Shown here piece after piece: positions 1-13,300 of a stretch of 64,000 nt of DNA (position 1 is its first letter; the number at the start of each line of letters is the position of its first letter). The stretch comes from Owenia fusiformis (taxonomy: Eukaryota): contig CAIIXF020000001.1 of the NCBI GenBank assembly GCA_903813345.2, positions 49,228,001-49,292,000 of the forward strand, written 5' to 3'. The translations under genes and the position numbers were made by a program. The notes beneath the pieces are model-generated. The model worked only from the letters and a program-made list of their open reading frames with translations, had not been told where the DNA came from and did not search any database.

Positions 1-251
1 GTCATCTTTTGGTCCCTTGACCTTTCTTATAGCCGATTCTTAAAATCCTGCCAAATACGCCAAATTGCCATGTTTCTAGTCATATGGTCACCTCAATTGA
101 TACAATGTAAAAATTTGTGAGATTGATTGACATGTGTCAGATATACGCCAATCAACGTAACTTTGGAAGACCTTTCCAATGATATATCACACTTGGTACC
201 AAATATCTTGGATTTGACTGTAGAGGGGGGGGGGACTTATTTGACACCCTG
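1..251 (-). mobile_element. Tc1/mariner-type MITE, partial (cut by the window edge), same family as 26933-27545
   Basis: Ends GACTTATTTGACACCCTG|TA; closely matches the reverse complement of 26933-27190. Confidence 0.85.
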
Positions 252-907
252 TATACAAACTAGTCATTTAGAATACATTGTGTTCCCTACAGAAGTATTA
301 GTGTGATACTGTTTCAAAAAACCCTCCATTAAAATTACTATTATTTTTGCAATATAGACTTATAGGAGGGTGATGCTCGTGTACACAGAACTATTAAAAC
401 TACAATTAAATCGTGAAACTGTGGACAGAAAAACAAAAGAAAAATAGAAACTGGATGTTCCCAATAAATTACCAATCACATAGCGGAGAACGTCTATCTT
501 AAAGAAGCTTTCACAAAATATCACATAAAAATAAAATAAATTCAAAATTTTGAAAATAAGTTAATTGGAACATTGTTTCATATATTAAATGAGGTATATA
601 CAAAAAATAAATAAACTAAAATATATTTACACATGGAATTATTATGCTATTTCTTTGTACAATTGGTTTTGTTCTGTTCAAATGACCACACAATTGGCTG
701 CCTAGATAAACTCTGGGAGTTACCCATGTGAATGATATGGCTATCCAGATGAATAAATACATGGTATTTTTTATATTGTAGAATTTTGAGTGCACTGTAC
801 ACTGATAATCTGCAACATATGACATATTTAATTTATATTTATCTGGTACATGAATGACTACTTTATATATATTTGTAATCTGATTCATTCACAGATAGCT
901 TTATATA

Positions 908-1111
908 CCGTTTAAAAGTGGCATTTAATCCAAGTGGTCAATTTGCCAATTTGTCAAATATCCTTTTCCTTATTTTGAATTTCCTAATGACAAAAATCTT
1001 CCCATTGGATAACATTATGAAGATAATATTTCCGATATTTAATTTCCCAAATCTGGCAAAAATTAGGCAATAGGCAAATTAAATGATTAGGCGAAATTAC
1101 CCCTTATACAG
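908..1111. mobile_element. Degenerate pogo/Tigger-like MITE downstream of the stop codon
   Basis: TA|CCGT... and ...ACAG|TA ends with weak inverted similarity; it interrupts a short TTTGTAATCTGATT repeat array. Confidence 0.45.
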
Positions 1112-1254
1112 TATTTGTAATCTGATTTGTTCACAGATGGCTACTTTATATACTAGTGTATAATCTGATTGGTTCATAGATCATTTATGAAAAATGTATG
1201 CGGAAGTGATGATTTTATACAGATGTATTTCACTTAAAAGAATCCCTCCATATG

Positions 1255-1383
1255 TCAGCACCCATTGTCATTCATTGTCATTTGATCAGCCAGTCTTTGT
1301 TCATCCAGTTTCTCCCAATTTGCCCTGTTTGACATGACACCACCCAGCATAGGCTCAAAGCTATCATTCACCTTGCCCAAGGC
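1255..1383 (-). CDS. PDE11A: PDE11A-like exon 19 (last coding exon, TGA stop)
   Basis: [48 protein letters not shown]| acceptor, stop at 1255-1257. Confidence 0.92.
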   Translation of the reverse strand, partial: ALGKVNDSFEPMLGGVMSNRANWEKLDEQRLADQMTMNDNGC

Positions 1384-4300
1384 CTGGAGAAATACAGTTT
1401 ACACTATTCAATAAAGTATAATATCAAAATTACATGGTTAAAAATTGTTTTCATTAGTATTTAGTCAATAGTTAAAAATATGGTATTGTGTATAGTCAAA
1501 TTGTATCAGAATTCCAATATTTAGTTAATAACTCTTCCAAAGTACAGGTGATTATAAAGTTCGAAAGGACCTTCATCACCAACCCTCGTACACAGTAGTT
1601 AATGTTACCTTATATAATGGGACGCATACGCCATCTATCCATCCCATCTGTAGCTTTGGTAGTTCTTCCTGCTTTTCTCTGTCCATCATTGTCTATCAGA
1701 GGATATTACACAATTATGATTTGATTCACATTATATACTGATATAATAATGTCATAACTCATACAATTACCATTTGAAAAATGGACATAAATCGATTTGA
1801 AGGCAAGATATATTTTGTACTTAATTGACTTGAGTTCATCCTGACCTTGCAATAACATCAAAATATTGATCCCAGGATCCAGGCATGAAATCATGTCAAA
1901 GAGCAATAATTGTTGTTGAATCTGTCTTGTTGAGAGTACGTAGCTAGAGTTGAATATAATTTAACATAAGTTTATGCCCAATCATTTTACATTGATTTTA
2001 TTAGTGAAGGGTGTTACCTGAGGTTGTATTTTTAGTTCATTTCTCTCCTTATCTCCTTGTTCGAAGAACTCAGTCATTACAAGGGAAGCAGTCTACAATA
2101 AATCATGCTGAATTAAAGTACTTTGTTGTATTGTATTTAACTAACATTTAATGAGACCAGTCTCAGTATCTGAATTATCCTCTCAGTACCAGAAATTAAA
2201 TTGACATTTCAACATTTTATCATATATCGTGTTAATTCAATCTTGGATATTAATATAGGACACGAAATTCATTGCTGGAATTTTTGATTTAGCCAGAGAC
2301 ATATAAAACATTAAAGTAAAACATGTTTTACTTGTATATGTCTCTGATTTAGCCCATGGAACAAAATGTTTTTTCTTATAAAATGAGAAGTCTCAAAAAG
2401 TGATAAAACACTTCAATATAGAATCCCCATTTTTTAGCTCAAATATGAATCAGTATTCTGTATTGTCTTTACCTGATTTGAAATATTTCATTTTGATTGG
2501 TCAATGAGCAGTCAATAGTGTTCACTACTGACCAGAGAATTACCCTAAAATGACATACTAATATAAATGGAATGGTACTTTAGGTTTTACCTGGTCTAAC
2601 AGAACAATTTAAGACATTTTCATTAGATTGACTGTAAAAATTAAATCTACAGGTTGTCTTGCTATCATTTAAACAGTTGACCTCTGAAGAGGTCAATACT
2701 TGTATTTGATGATTAATGAATTGCAATCATACCCTCCTCTGTACATCCCAGGACTTTGTTATACTAGCAATGTCACAGCTTGTCATGAGTATGCTCCTTA
2801 GGACTTCCTTATGGTCACGATCCTCCCAATTACATGAACCCGATTCAACTATCTGAAAAAACTTGCTGCGTATCCTGGAAGCAAACAAACAGTTTCCAAT
2901 AAAGGATTTCCTTCTCACATTTAAAACATGAACTTACACTATGATTTCAGTGGCAGATGGTCTTCAGATGGTCTTGGTGAGACCTTTTCATAAATATATT
3001 GTGTGTTTTAAGATAATACATGTATTGCTCTTGGTGTTTTGGCATTCAAATGCGTCAGTCATATTAGATTTAACTTCATAGTTTTGAAATAGTCAAATGA
3101 GCATTCATTTGCATCTAGTTTATTTAATCCCTTGTAGACTTACTGGAAGTGAAGGGAGAGGTCTGTGGCAAGTATACACTGCTTAAGAATGGTGGTAACA
3201 CTCACATAATCTTCACTCGTCATATTGGAGAAAAGATTGTGTCCCTAAAAGCAACAAAACACAGATGAGTTTTAATGACCTAATGCTAATTTTAAAATAA
3301 TTTAAATATGTGTGTTGGTTTCAAATACTCACCCCATTGATCAGGATCATGATTGTATGCTTTTAGTGTTAGTTTCAAATACTCACCCCACTGTTCAGGA
3401 TCATGATTGTATGCTTGGAGAGTTGGTTTCAAACACTCACCTCACTGTTCAGAATCATGACTGCATGGTTAAAGTGATGATGTTCTAAGGTGGCCTTAGT
3501 ACCATACAGTTGGGCAAGATGTGAACTGGTTCTGGAAATAAATTACAAAAATAAATATTAATTATATCCACAAAATACTTTGAATAAATGAAAATTGTAT
3601 TGTATAGTTAAATGAAAACGATCTGAATGTTTTTAATATATAAATTTGGAGCTCACTTTTGTTGGAATGCATTGTTGGTGCCCCTGTGGTCAAGATCATG
3701 ACACAGGCAGGCAACTATCATTGCCAATCTCTCCACATGGCTGAGTACTTTGTCCATACCACAGTTCTGAAAAGGAATACAGCCATAACTCTAAATTGTA
3801 TTCCATACATCATGTTTTTATTTTTAAACATGATATGGTTTTGGTTTTTATGAATATCATGTTACTCAGCTCAGTATCACTGTCTTAATGTGAAACTTAT
3901 ACATCATGATTCAAAGAGCAAAAGGAAGGAAACACAAATAGACTTAAACCTTTGGTGTAGCAGTTAAAATCAATGAACTCACCGTTATTATTGCAAACAT
4001 GAACTGACAGACATTGAATGCATGGCGCCAGTTGTGGTAGGCTACATTACGATAATTCTTCCTCACAGTCAGTAACCAGCGAACCAGAGTCTAAAACAAA
4101 AATATTGATCATCTTAATCTTCTGAGAAGAATCAATGAATTGAAAGGGCATCGACTTAATGCGCTAACAATAACTGTTATTTCTCAATGTTAAATGAGAA
4201 GGTACCTGAACCTATTTAAGCATCTATGGGCATGAAAGGACAACCAGAAGAACATGAAGGAAACCCCAAAAGATCCTTGCCACCCTGCTAGGATAGATAT

Positions 4301-7300
4301 TACACAATGTACAATTGCACAACTCCTTTATCAAAACTGGTCCATGCTTTATCTTTTACAGAGCTTTGTTTGTTCACACTAATATCTGATGCATTCAGGT
4401 ACCTCCAATGATTTCCAAGTGTAAGTAGAAATCATGTTATATTGTGTTCTGAACAAAGAAAAATACTATATTTACTTACTACAAGGGTCATTCGAAGTCT
4501 TGCATGAAAGCTTCTCAAGAGAAGAGATTTTATTATTTTTATGTGAAATTTCATTTGAATTATATAGTTAAGATATTTCCAAGTCTCACATCAATTTCAA
4601 TTTTGAATCTCCTTATAAGGCCAGTATCCTTAAATATGCGTATCGCTGCTATGATCATCTCATTGGAGTCTAAGGAGTAGTCATTGAAGTCAAACCCAGT
4701 CAGGTTCCACTCCTTTGCCTCTGGCACAGGGATGTTCTAATGAAATGATTGAAAAGTACAATTAATGATAAAAAAGTTCAGTAAATGATAAGAAAGTACA
4801 GTAAATGATAACAAAGTACAGTAGTTGATAATAAAGTACAGTAAATGCTAGCAAAGTACAGTAATTGATAAGAAAGTACAGTACATGATAACAAAGTACA
4901 GTAAACTTGTGTGGGGGATCAGTCTGTAAGGAATACCTCTCTTCAAAGAACAGTTTTCAAAATAATATTTTCCATTAATATTTGGGCCGTAAGAAAACTG
5001 CTTCTAGTAGAGAGGTGTTCCTTGTAGAGAGGTGTTCTCTATGTGATATGCTTTACTGGATTATGGAACATTGATAAATATGCAGTGTGATTAAATTTTC
5101 AAAAGGTTTTGTTATTTGTTGAATGCTTTACAATGCATTATAAACTTGTAAGAAATAATTTACAGACAACATATAATATCGGGTGTGTAGTAGTATTTAT
5201 CATATGATTAAAATGTCATATTGTTTAATTTTAAGATTACATAACTTATTAGCAGATGAGAGATATTTCTTGATCACTTCAACAGCTGAATAGCCTGATA
5301 CACAAATTGTGTTTTAAAAGTCTTACTCACTTTAATCTTATATACTTCATCTGCTGGTACTGTAGCATGGTATGAAAGCACCTACAAACAATCAATTCAG
5401 TCATTAAAAATCAACCCACATTTTATTTAGAGTATTTATTTAGCCAAGGTGCATATTATGAAAATCCTTCTGACACATATTTAATTACATTCTCTAACCA
5501 CAGGAAGTGTTTAGTGGCAAACTGCAACCATGTTGAGTGCTAAATGGCATAGTTCAATCATGTTGAATGCTAAGTGGCATATGCCTCAATAATGGTAAGT
5601 TCTAAGTGGCATAGCTCAATTATGGTGAGTGCTACGTGACATACTTAAATCATGGTGAGTGCTAAGTGGCATACTTTAATCATGGTGAGTGCTACGTGGC
5701 ATACTTTAATCATGGCAAATGCTATATGGCATACTTCAATCATGGTGCATGCTATATAGCATACTTCAATCATGATGAGTGCTAAGTGGCATATACCTCA
5801 ATTATGGTGAGTGCTAAGTGGCATACTTCAATCATGATGAGTGCTATATAGCATACTTCAACCATGGTGCATGCTAAGTGGCATAATTCTATACTGCTAA
5901 GTGCTATGTGATATGTGATATACCTCTAATGCAACAGCTTGGGTGACAGCAGCTCTCTTAACTTCATCATACAGAATACAGTTATTGATGCCAAGTCCAC
6001 AGAATATTGTAAATGCCTGCAAATGCATACAAACTACATGCCGAATCAATTTTGAGATACTATTTCAGTTATACTATTACTATTTCAGTTATGATAGAAT
6101 GATGCAAAAAATTCTTAGTCAAGGCCAGTTAACCGAACATGCTCAATGACATTATGAATTTGAGTACAATACAAAAACCTGTAATGTTCAATGACTTTAT
6201 GAATTAGAGTACATTACAATACCAGAACATGTAATGTTCAATGACTTTATGAATTAAAGTACATTACAATACCAGAACATGTAATGTTCAATGACTTTAT
6301 GAATTAAAGTACATTACAATACGGAACTTGTAATGTTCAATGACTTTATGAATTAAAGTACATTACAATACCAGAACATGAAATGTTCAATGACTTTATG
6401 AATTAAAGTACATTACAATACCAGAACATGTAATGTTCAATGACTTTATGAATTAAAGTACATTACAATACCAGAACATGAAATGTTCAATGACTTTGTG
6501 AATTAGAGTACCAAACCAGAACATGTAATGCAATACAACCCAATTTAGTTTACAATAATAGATTTGGCTTACCTCAAATAGTTGATCATCATGGTCATCA
6601 AATGGCAAGCCATCAGTTCTGTTTATAGTTTGAGCCACACCTGGTTCACAATTTATAGAAAATCAATATTTATTAGGTTTATGTTTCCATATTCCTTTGG
6701 TATTAGTATGATATCAAGTTAACGAGTGGAAAAATATCACATTCGTATTATCACATTGGTTTATTATTATGTCACCACCAAAAGTGGTGACATATTGTTA
6801 TGGTCTCCGTTTTTTTGCGACGGCGGTTGGTGGTTGGCGTCCGGCGGTTGGAGGTTGGCGTCTGTAACAATTTCTTACAACTTCCTATAACTTAACAAAT
6901 ACTGTTTAGACTGACTAAATTTTTTTTCAAAATCATCTACATGTTCTCAGAAATTCAAATCTGACTTTAGATTTGACTTTAGATTTGACATTTGACCTTC
7001 AAATCTGACTTTAGATTTGACATTTGACCTTCAATGACCTTCTCAAGTTCAAAAAAGGTCAAAAAGGTCTGTTTTCAACTTGCTTCAAATTGACTAAAAA
7101 ATTTTTTCAAAATCATCTACGTGTTCTCAGAAATTCAAATCTGACTTTAGATTTGACTTAAGATTTGACATTTGACCTTCAATGACCTTCTCAAAGTCAA
7201 AAAAGGTCAAAAAGGTCTTTTTTCAACTTGCTTCAAATTGACTAAATTTTTTTTTAAAAATCATCTACATGTTCTCAGAAATTTTAATATGACTTTAGAT

Positions 7301-10300
7301 TTGACTTTAGATTTGACATTTGACCTTCAATGACCTTCTCAATGTCAAAAAAGGTCAAAAAGGTATTTTTTCATCTTGCTTCAAATTGACTAATTTTTTT
7401 TTAAAAAATCATCTACATGTTCTCAGAAATTTAAATATGACTTTAGATTTGACATTTGACCTTCTCAAGGTCAAAAAAGGTCAAAAAGGTCTTTTTTCAA
7501 CTTGCTTCAAATTGACTAATTTCTTTTTCAAAATCATCTACATGTTCTCAGAAATTCAAATCTGACTTTAGATTTGACATTTGACCTTTAATGACCTTCT
7601 CAAGGTCAAAAAAGGTCAAAAAGGTCTGTTTTCAACTTGCTTCAAATTGACCAAATTTTTTTTCAAAATCATCTACATCTTTTCAGAAGTTCAAATTTGA
7701 CTTTACAAGTTCTCAGAAGTTCAAATCTGACTTTAGATTTGACGTTCAAATCTGACTTTAGATTTGACATTTGACCTTCAATGACCTTCTCAAGGTCAAA
7801 AAGGTCTTTTTTCAACTTGCTTCAAATTGACTAATTTTTTTTTCAAAATCATCTACATGTTCTCAGAAGTTCTTAATAGCTTTAAATTGACCAAATTGTT
7901 TTAGGTGGTGACATTTTGTCATGTTAATGCCTTGTTTCATAGCTACTTTGATATTCATAGGATAGCATGTAAAAATAAAAACAGTAGTTTCGCAACCAAT
8001 GTAATGTTCATATTTTTCATATGGTTTTATTCCATAGTAACTTTGATATTGACATATCTGTCAGAACAAAAATGCTTAAAACAAGAATTTAAATGATAAT
8101 AGGATGTCTTAGCATATCTTAATTATTTCACTATCATATTTGATACATTAATTTAAATATCTTACCTATGCATTTCATACTGCTGTTTCGTATTGGTTTA
8201 CATAGAATACATCTTGTCCGAAAGCCACTTGCTTTATCTACCTAAAACATACAATATATTGTTTGACATTTAAAGTTTTGATTTCGTTTAACTTGCTCAC
8301 TGGCTCATTTTTTGGGAGATTTCGGGCAATTTATCATTTTTTATTTTGCCCTTTAATGAATCTAAGACGAGCTATCATAACAAAAACCGAGAGGCTTGGG
8401 TCATATGATTATTTTCTTAAATCTACATGTTATCATTTTCGAAAGTATTGCATCCTCCTAGTCATTAATCTTGAACTTTAGTCATTAGTCTTGCATATAC
8501 TTTTGTCATTAGTCTTGCATATACCAATTATCTTGCATCTTGCAATAAATCTTAAGTAAGGAAAACAAGGTTGGTTTCTTCATTCTGCAATCTGTGTCCA
8601 AAGTTCACTACTAATGGCAATGAAGAAAGGCTAATGACTGATGAAAGATTAATCTCTATGGTGTAAGACTAATGACTAGGATGCAATACTATCACTATTG
8701 ATGAAAATTCAATGGCTATGGTGCAAGACTTATTGCTAGGATGCAGCACTATCACCATTGATCAACGGTCAATAACTATGGTGCAAGACTTATTGATAGG
8801 ATGCAATACTATCACTTTTGATGCAAAATCTAATCACTATGATGCAACACTTATTGCTAGGATGAAATACTATCACCATTGATCAAAGGTCAATAACTAT
8901 GTTGCAAGACTTGTTGAAAGGATGCAAAACTGTCATCATTGATCAAAGGTCAATGACTATGGTATAAGACTTGTTGAAAGGATGCAAAACTGTCATCATT
9001 GATCAAAGGTCAATAACTATGTTGCAAGACTTGTTGAAAGGATGCAAAACTGTCATCATTGATCAAAGGTCAATGACTATAGTGCAAGACTAATGGCTAG
9101 AATGCAATACTACATCATCATAAAGTACAATGGCTATGGCACCTGCCTGCATATTAAACCTGGTATCCTGATAGGCATCTGCAATATTAACCGTCTCACC
9201 CGTAGATGCCACAATCTCAGCTATCTTATTCCCCATCTTTAGGTCAGTGATGTTTTCACGACTGCAATAACACATGTGATAATTATTCAAACAAGAAAGA
9301 TAGGATGAATAAATAGCAGGCGAAATTGTGTTTTTATCATCGCAGATACAGTTCCTTATTACTCAGATGCCCAGTGCTACGATATCAGGCTATTAGAAAG
9401 GGTAGTATTATCAAATGGGAATGTTAAATACAGTAAAACCTGTGTATATTGAACATTTTTTCGAGAAAAAACGTTCAGTGTTGGTAGGTGTTTAATATAC
9501 TGAGGGTAATTATAAAGAAGTCAGTAGAGTATGTGTGGAGGAATGTATTCACTAGAAAGAGGTGTTCACTAAGACAGGTTTTACTGTACATGCAATAGCC
9601 GGGAAAGTGTAAAATGAAAGCAATATTTTCAAAAAACATTCCAACGTTTTCCATAGACCTACAATCCTAATTTCATTTTCTGAACAAATGAGATATCCGA
9701 TCAAATAGTACTATAGATGTTAATGAAGCTTTGGAATGCAGAATGTCCAAAAAACGGAAATTCCCTTCGTATCATTTTATTAATTGAGCAAATATCCCCT
9801 ACCTCAAACTTGTGTGGCCATTCCTCTTTGGCACAACCAGGTCAAATACCTTGCTAAATACCACCTTCTGAAAAAGTAAATCAATTTATAGATATAAATA
9901 GTTTAAAAACTTAAAAAGGGTGTGAAATTGGGAAATCTGGATTTATTATACATTTTAAGCACTTGAATTGAAGTCAATAGAAAGGGATAATTGCACATAC
10001 AATTGTCATATTTTGTTTTTGTGTATTGATTTAAGTTTAATGTCTTGTATTAGTAGTTGAATATATTACTTGAAAGTCAATTAATCTGACGATACGAAAT
10101 TGTTCCTCAAATGTAATCACGGGATGCCAACTACGACTAGACCGTTAATTTGAATTTTAGACCTAGAAGATGTTTGAAAATCAGTGAGTCAAACTGGTAC
10201 CATTAAACCCAGAACAAAAATGCCTTTCTGTTGGTACATTTTTACTTTATACAGAGGCGCTCCTTTGAGCGGAGTTTTTGTCCCCATCTGTGAGGAGTGC

Positions 10301-13300
10301 TTCACACAGCTGGGGACCCAAGACGCCGCTAAATCTAGTGACTCGGTACAATAAAGCAATGCACCGACAGAAAGGCATTTTTGCTTTCCTTTGAATGGAA
10401 CAAGTTTGAAGAAAAACGGTGCACTATGATACTCAAATCCTTGATTTTCAAAGACCTGGTAGGTCTATAATTCAAATTAACAGTCGTAGTTGGGACCTCG
10501 TGATAATTGGATCTAAAAAAGAGCTATAATAACTTGACTGCCATAAGTTGTCAAACGGTACATCTTCTACGATTAAAAAATCCAGGGACCCAGATGTCTT
10601 TGGGCAGTTATATGGTTATATATCATATTCTTTTTGTTCTTGAATACATCATTATATCACGCGAATGAATTCCCATATGTTTTAATTACACTGATAAGTT
10701 GAATATCATATCCTTAGTGGGTATAATGATTCATGTTTCATAGATGATGATTTCATCTCGGTTCAATATCAGATATTTCCCCTGGAGTCCTATCCGTTGA
10801 TGTAACCGCATACCTTATTATTTCATAAAATAACAGTTTTTGAATTGATTTTAGATATACCCATATTGTTGATTGGCCAAACGTAAATATCTTCCAGTCT
10901 CAGATAGCCAAGGCATAATCTAGAAACAAGACAGTGCTGTGTTTTAAGAAGGATGTATTGCGGGCAGAATTGGGTATCCTTTATAATCATGGCGACAAAA
11001 GTCAGTATATAGTAACGTATGTACCGAGGATGAAGAACATCCCAGGTACTATATAGTGATAATGGAATCTGTCAGATAAGCCTTAATTAAGCTGTTTCCT
11101 CCTGTTCATCCTCCAATTGTTTTGATGAGTTTAAATGATAAAATACATATTCCTGCATACGTTTTCACTTGTTGAGCACTTGTCAACATTACCATTTACT
11201 TATTATTGAGGGATTTAACAGGGGTCCACAAAAAATGAAAAATATTAGATTTTGATAATTTTGAAGTTTACAACAGATTATCTACTTATGAATTGGTTTT
11301 TTGGGATGGTTATTAGCATGACATATTGATTTTATCTGTTTAATTGAAAATAAAATCACCTGTCTGACTATATTTTGCATTTAAAATGATTAAAATTAAT
11401 TGTTCCGTTTAGTTCACTTTCTTTTAACGTCATCTTGTTTTTGTTGATCCGCCAATTGTTTTGATATGTTTAAATGATAAAACATATATTCCTACATACG
11501 TTTTCACATGTTGAGCACTTGTCAACATTACCATTTACTTATTATTGAGGGGTTTGACAGGGGTCCACAAAAAATACAAATATTAGATTTTGGTATTTTT
11601 GAAGTTTACAAAGGATTATCTACTCATGAATCGGTTTTTGAGAAGGTTATTAGCATGACCTATTGATTTTATCTGTTTAATTGAAAATAAGATCGTGTGT
11701 CTGATTATGTTGTTCCATTTTGTTCACTTTCTTTTAACATCATCTTGTTTTTGTTGATCCACCAATTGTTAAATGATATGTGTAAATGATAAAACATGTA
11801 TTATCACATACATTTTCACCTGTTGAGGACTTTACTGTTTACTTATTATTGAGGGGTTTAACAGGGAGGGGTCAACAAAAATATTAGATTTTGATAGTTT
11901 TGAAGTTTACAACAGATTATCTAGTCACTAATCGGCTTTTGGAAAGTTTACTAGTATAACAAATTGATTTTATCTCGATGTACATTAGATGTTCAAGAGA
12001 CCAATAAACTTATTTATTAATTATTGAGGGGTTTAACAGGGGTTCACAAAAAATATAGAAAATATAAGATTTTGATATTTTTGAAGTTTTTTTGGAAAGG
12101 TTATTAATATTAGTATGCCATATTGATTTTATCTGTTTAATTGAAACTAAGATCGTCTGTTTGACTTTATTTTGCATTCAAAATGATAAAAATAATGGTT
12201 CCATTTAGTTCACTTTCTTTTAACATCATCTTGTTTTTCGTTGATCTGCGTTGTTAATGATATGTTTAAATGATAAAACATATATTCCTACATACGTTTT
12301 CACCCGTTGAGAACCTGTCAACATTACCGTTTACTTATCATTGAGGGGTTTAACAGAGGTCCATAATAATGAAAAATATTAGATATTGACACTTTCGAAG
12401 TTAACAACGAATTTTCCACTTATGAATCGGCTTTTGGAAAGGTTATTAGCATGACATATTGATTTTATCTTTTTAATTGAAAATAATATCATCTGTCTGA
12501 CTATATTTTGCATTCAACATGATTAAAAATAATGGTTCTATTTAGTTCACTTTCTTTGAACACAATCTTGTTTTCGTTGATCTGCAAATTGTTTCTGCCT
12601 ATATTCCCACATACGTTTTCACCTGTTGAGCACTGAAACTGAGCACTGTTTACATTTTAAAACCTTGGAAAAAGCATTTGATCACATATAATATTGCATT
12701 TAAATCATAATCTAAGATGAGTTAGGAATTTATTCCCACTATTTATAAAAATTTTAACATCAATAAAGCATATGATATATGATTTTTGCGATACGGGCTC
12801 TACAAGCATCTCGACAAGCAAATAACTTTAGTAATAGAAAATTAAGCCTTTACCCTGATTATTTTATTTAGTAGAAAATAGACTGTCCTATGAGGCAATG
12901 CTAGAACCCAAACTTTCTCTTGAAATTAATAAATACCGTCTCGCCCAATATTTTTTTCTGGAATAGGTATTCTGCCATTATCAGCTGCTGATCATCAATA
13001 TTTTGGCTTAATATTGCCCGCAGAAATGACGTTATTAGAATTATTGCTCAGGTCGATATAGTAACAAATGCCACCTAAACTAGCACTAATACCACTAAAA
13101 CATGCCCCGCAAGGTGGTAATAATAGTAACTGATCCGACAACTATCCACAAAATATTCTTTTTTATATATTTTTGAATTAATCTTGAATTAAATCTTCAA
13201 TAAATGAAAATCTGAACCACTTTAAGATATTCAAAAAATTCAGTGTGCCATGTTTATAGTATTCACATATCAGAGATGATCAAAATCGCTCCACAACTTT

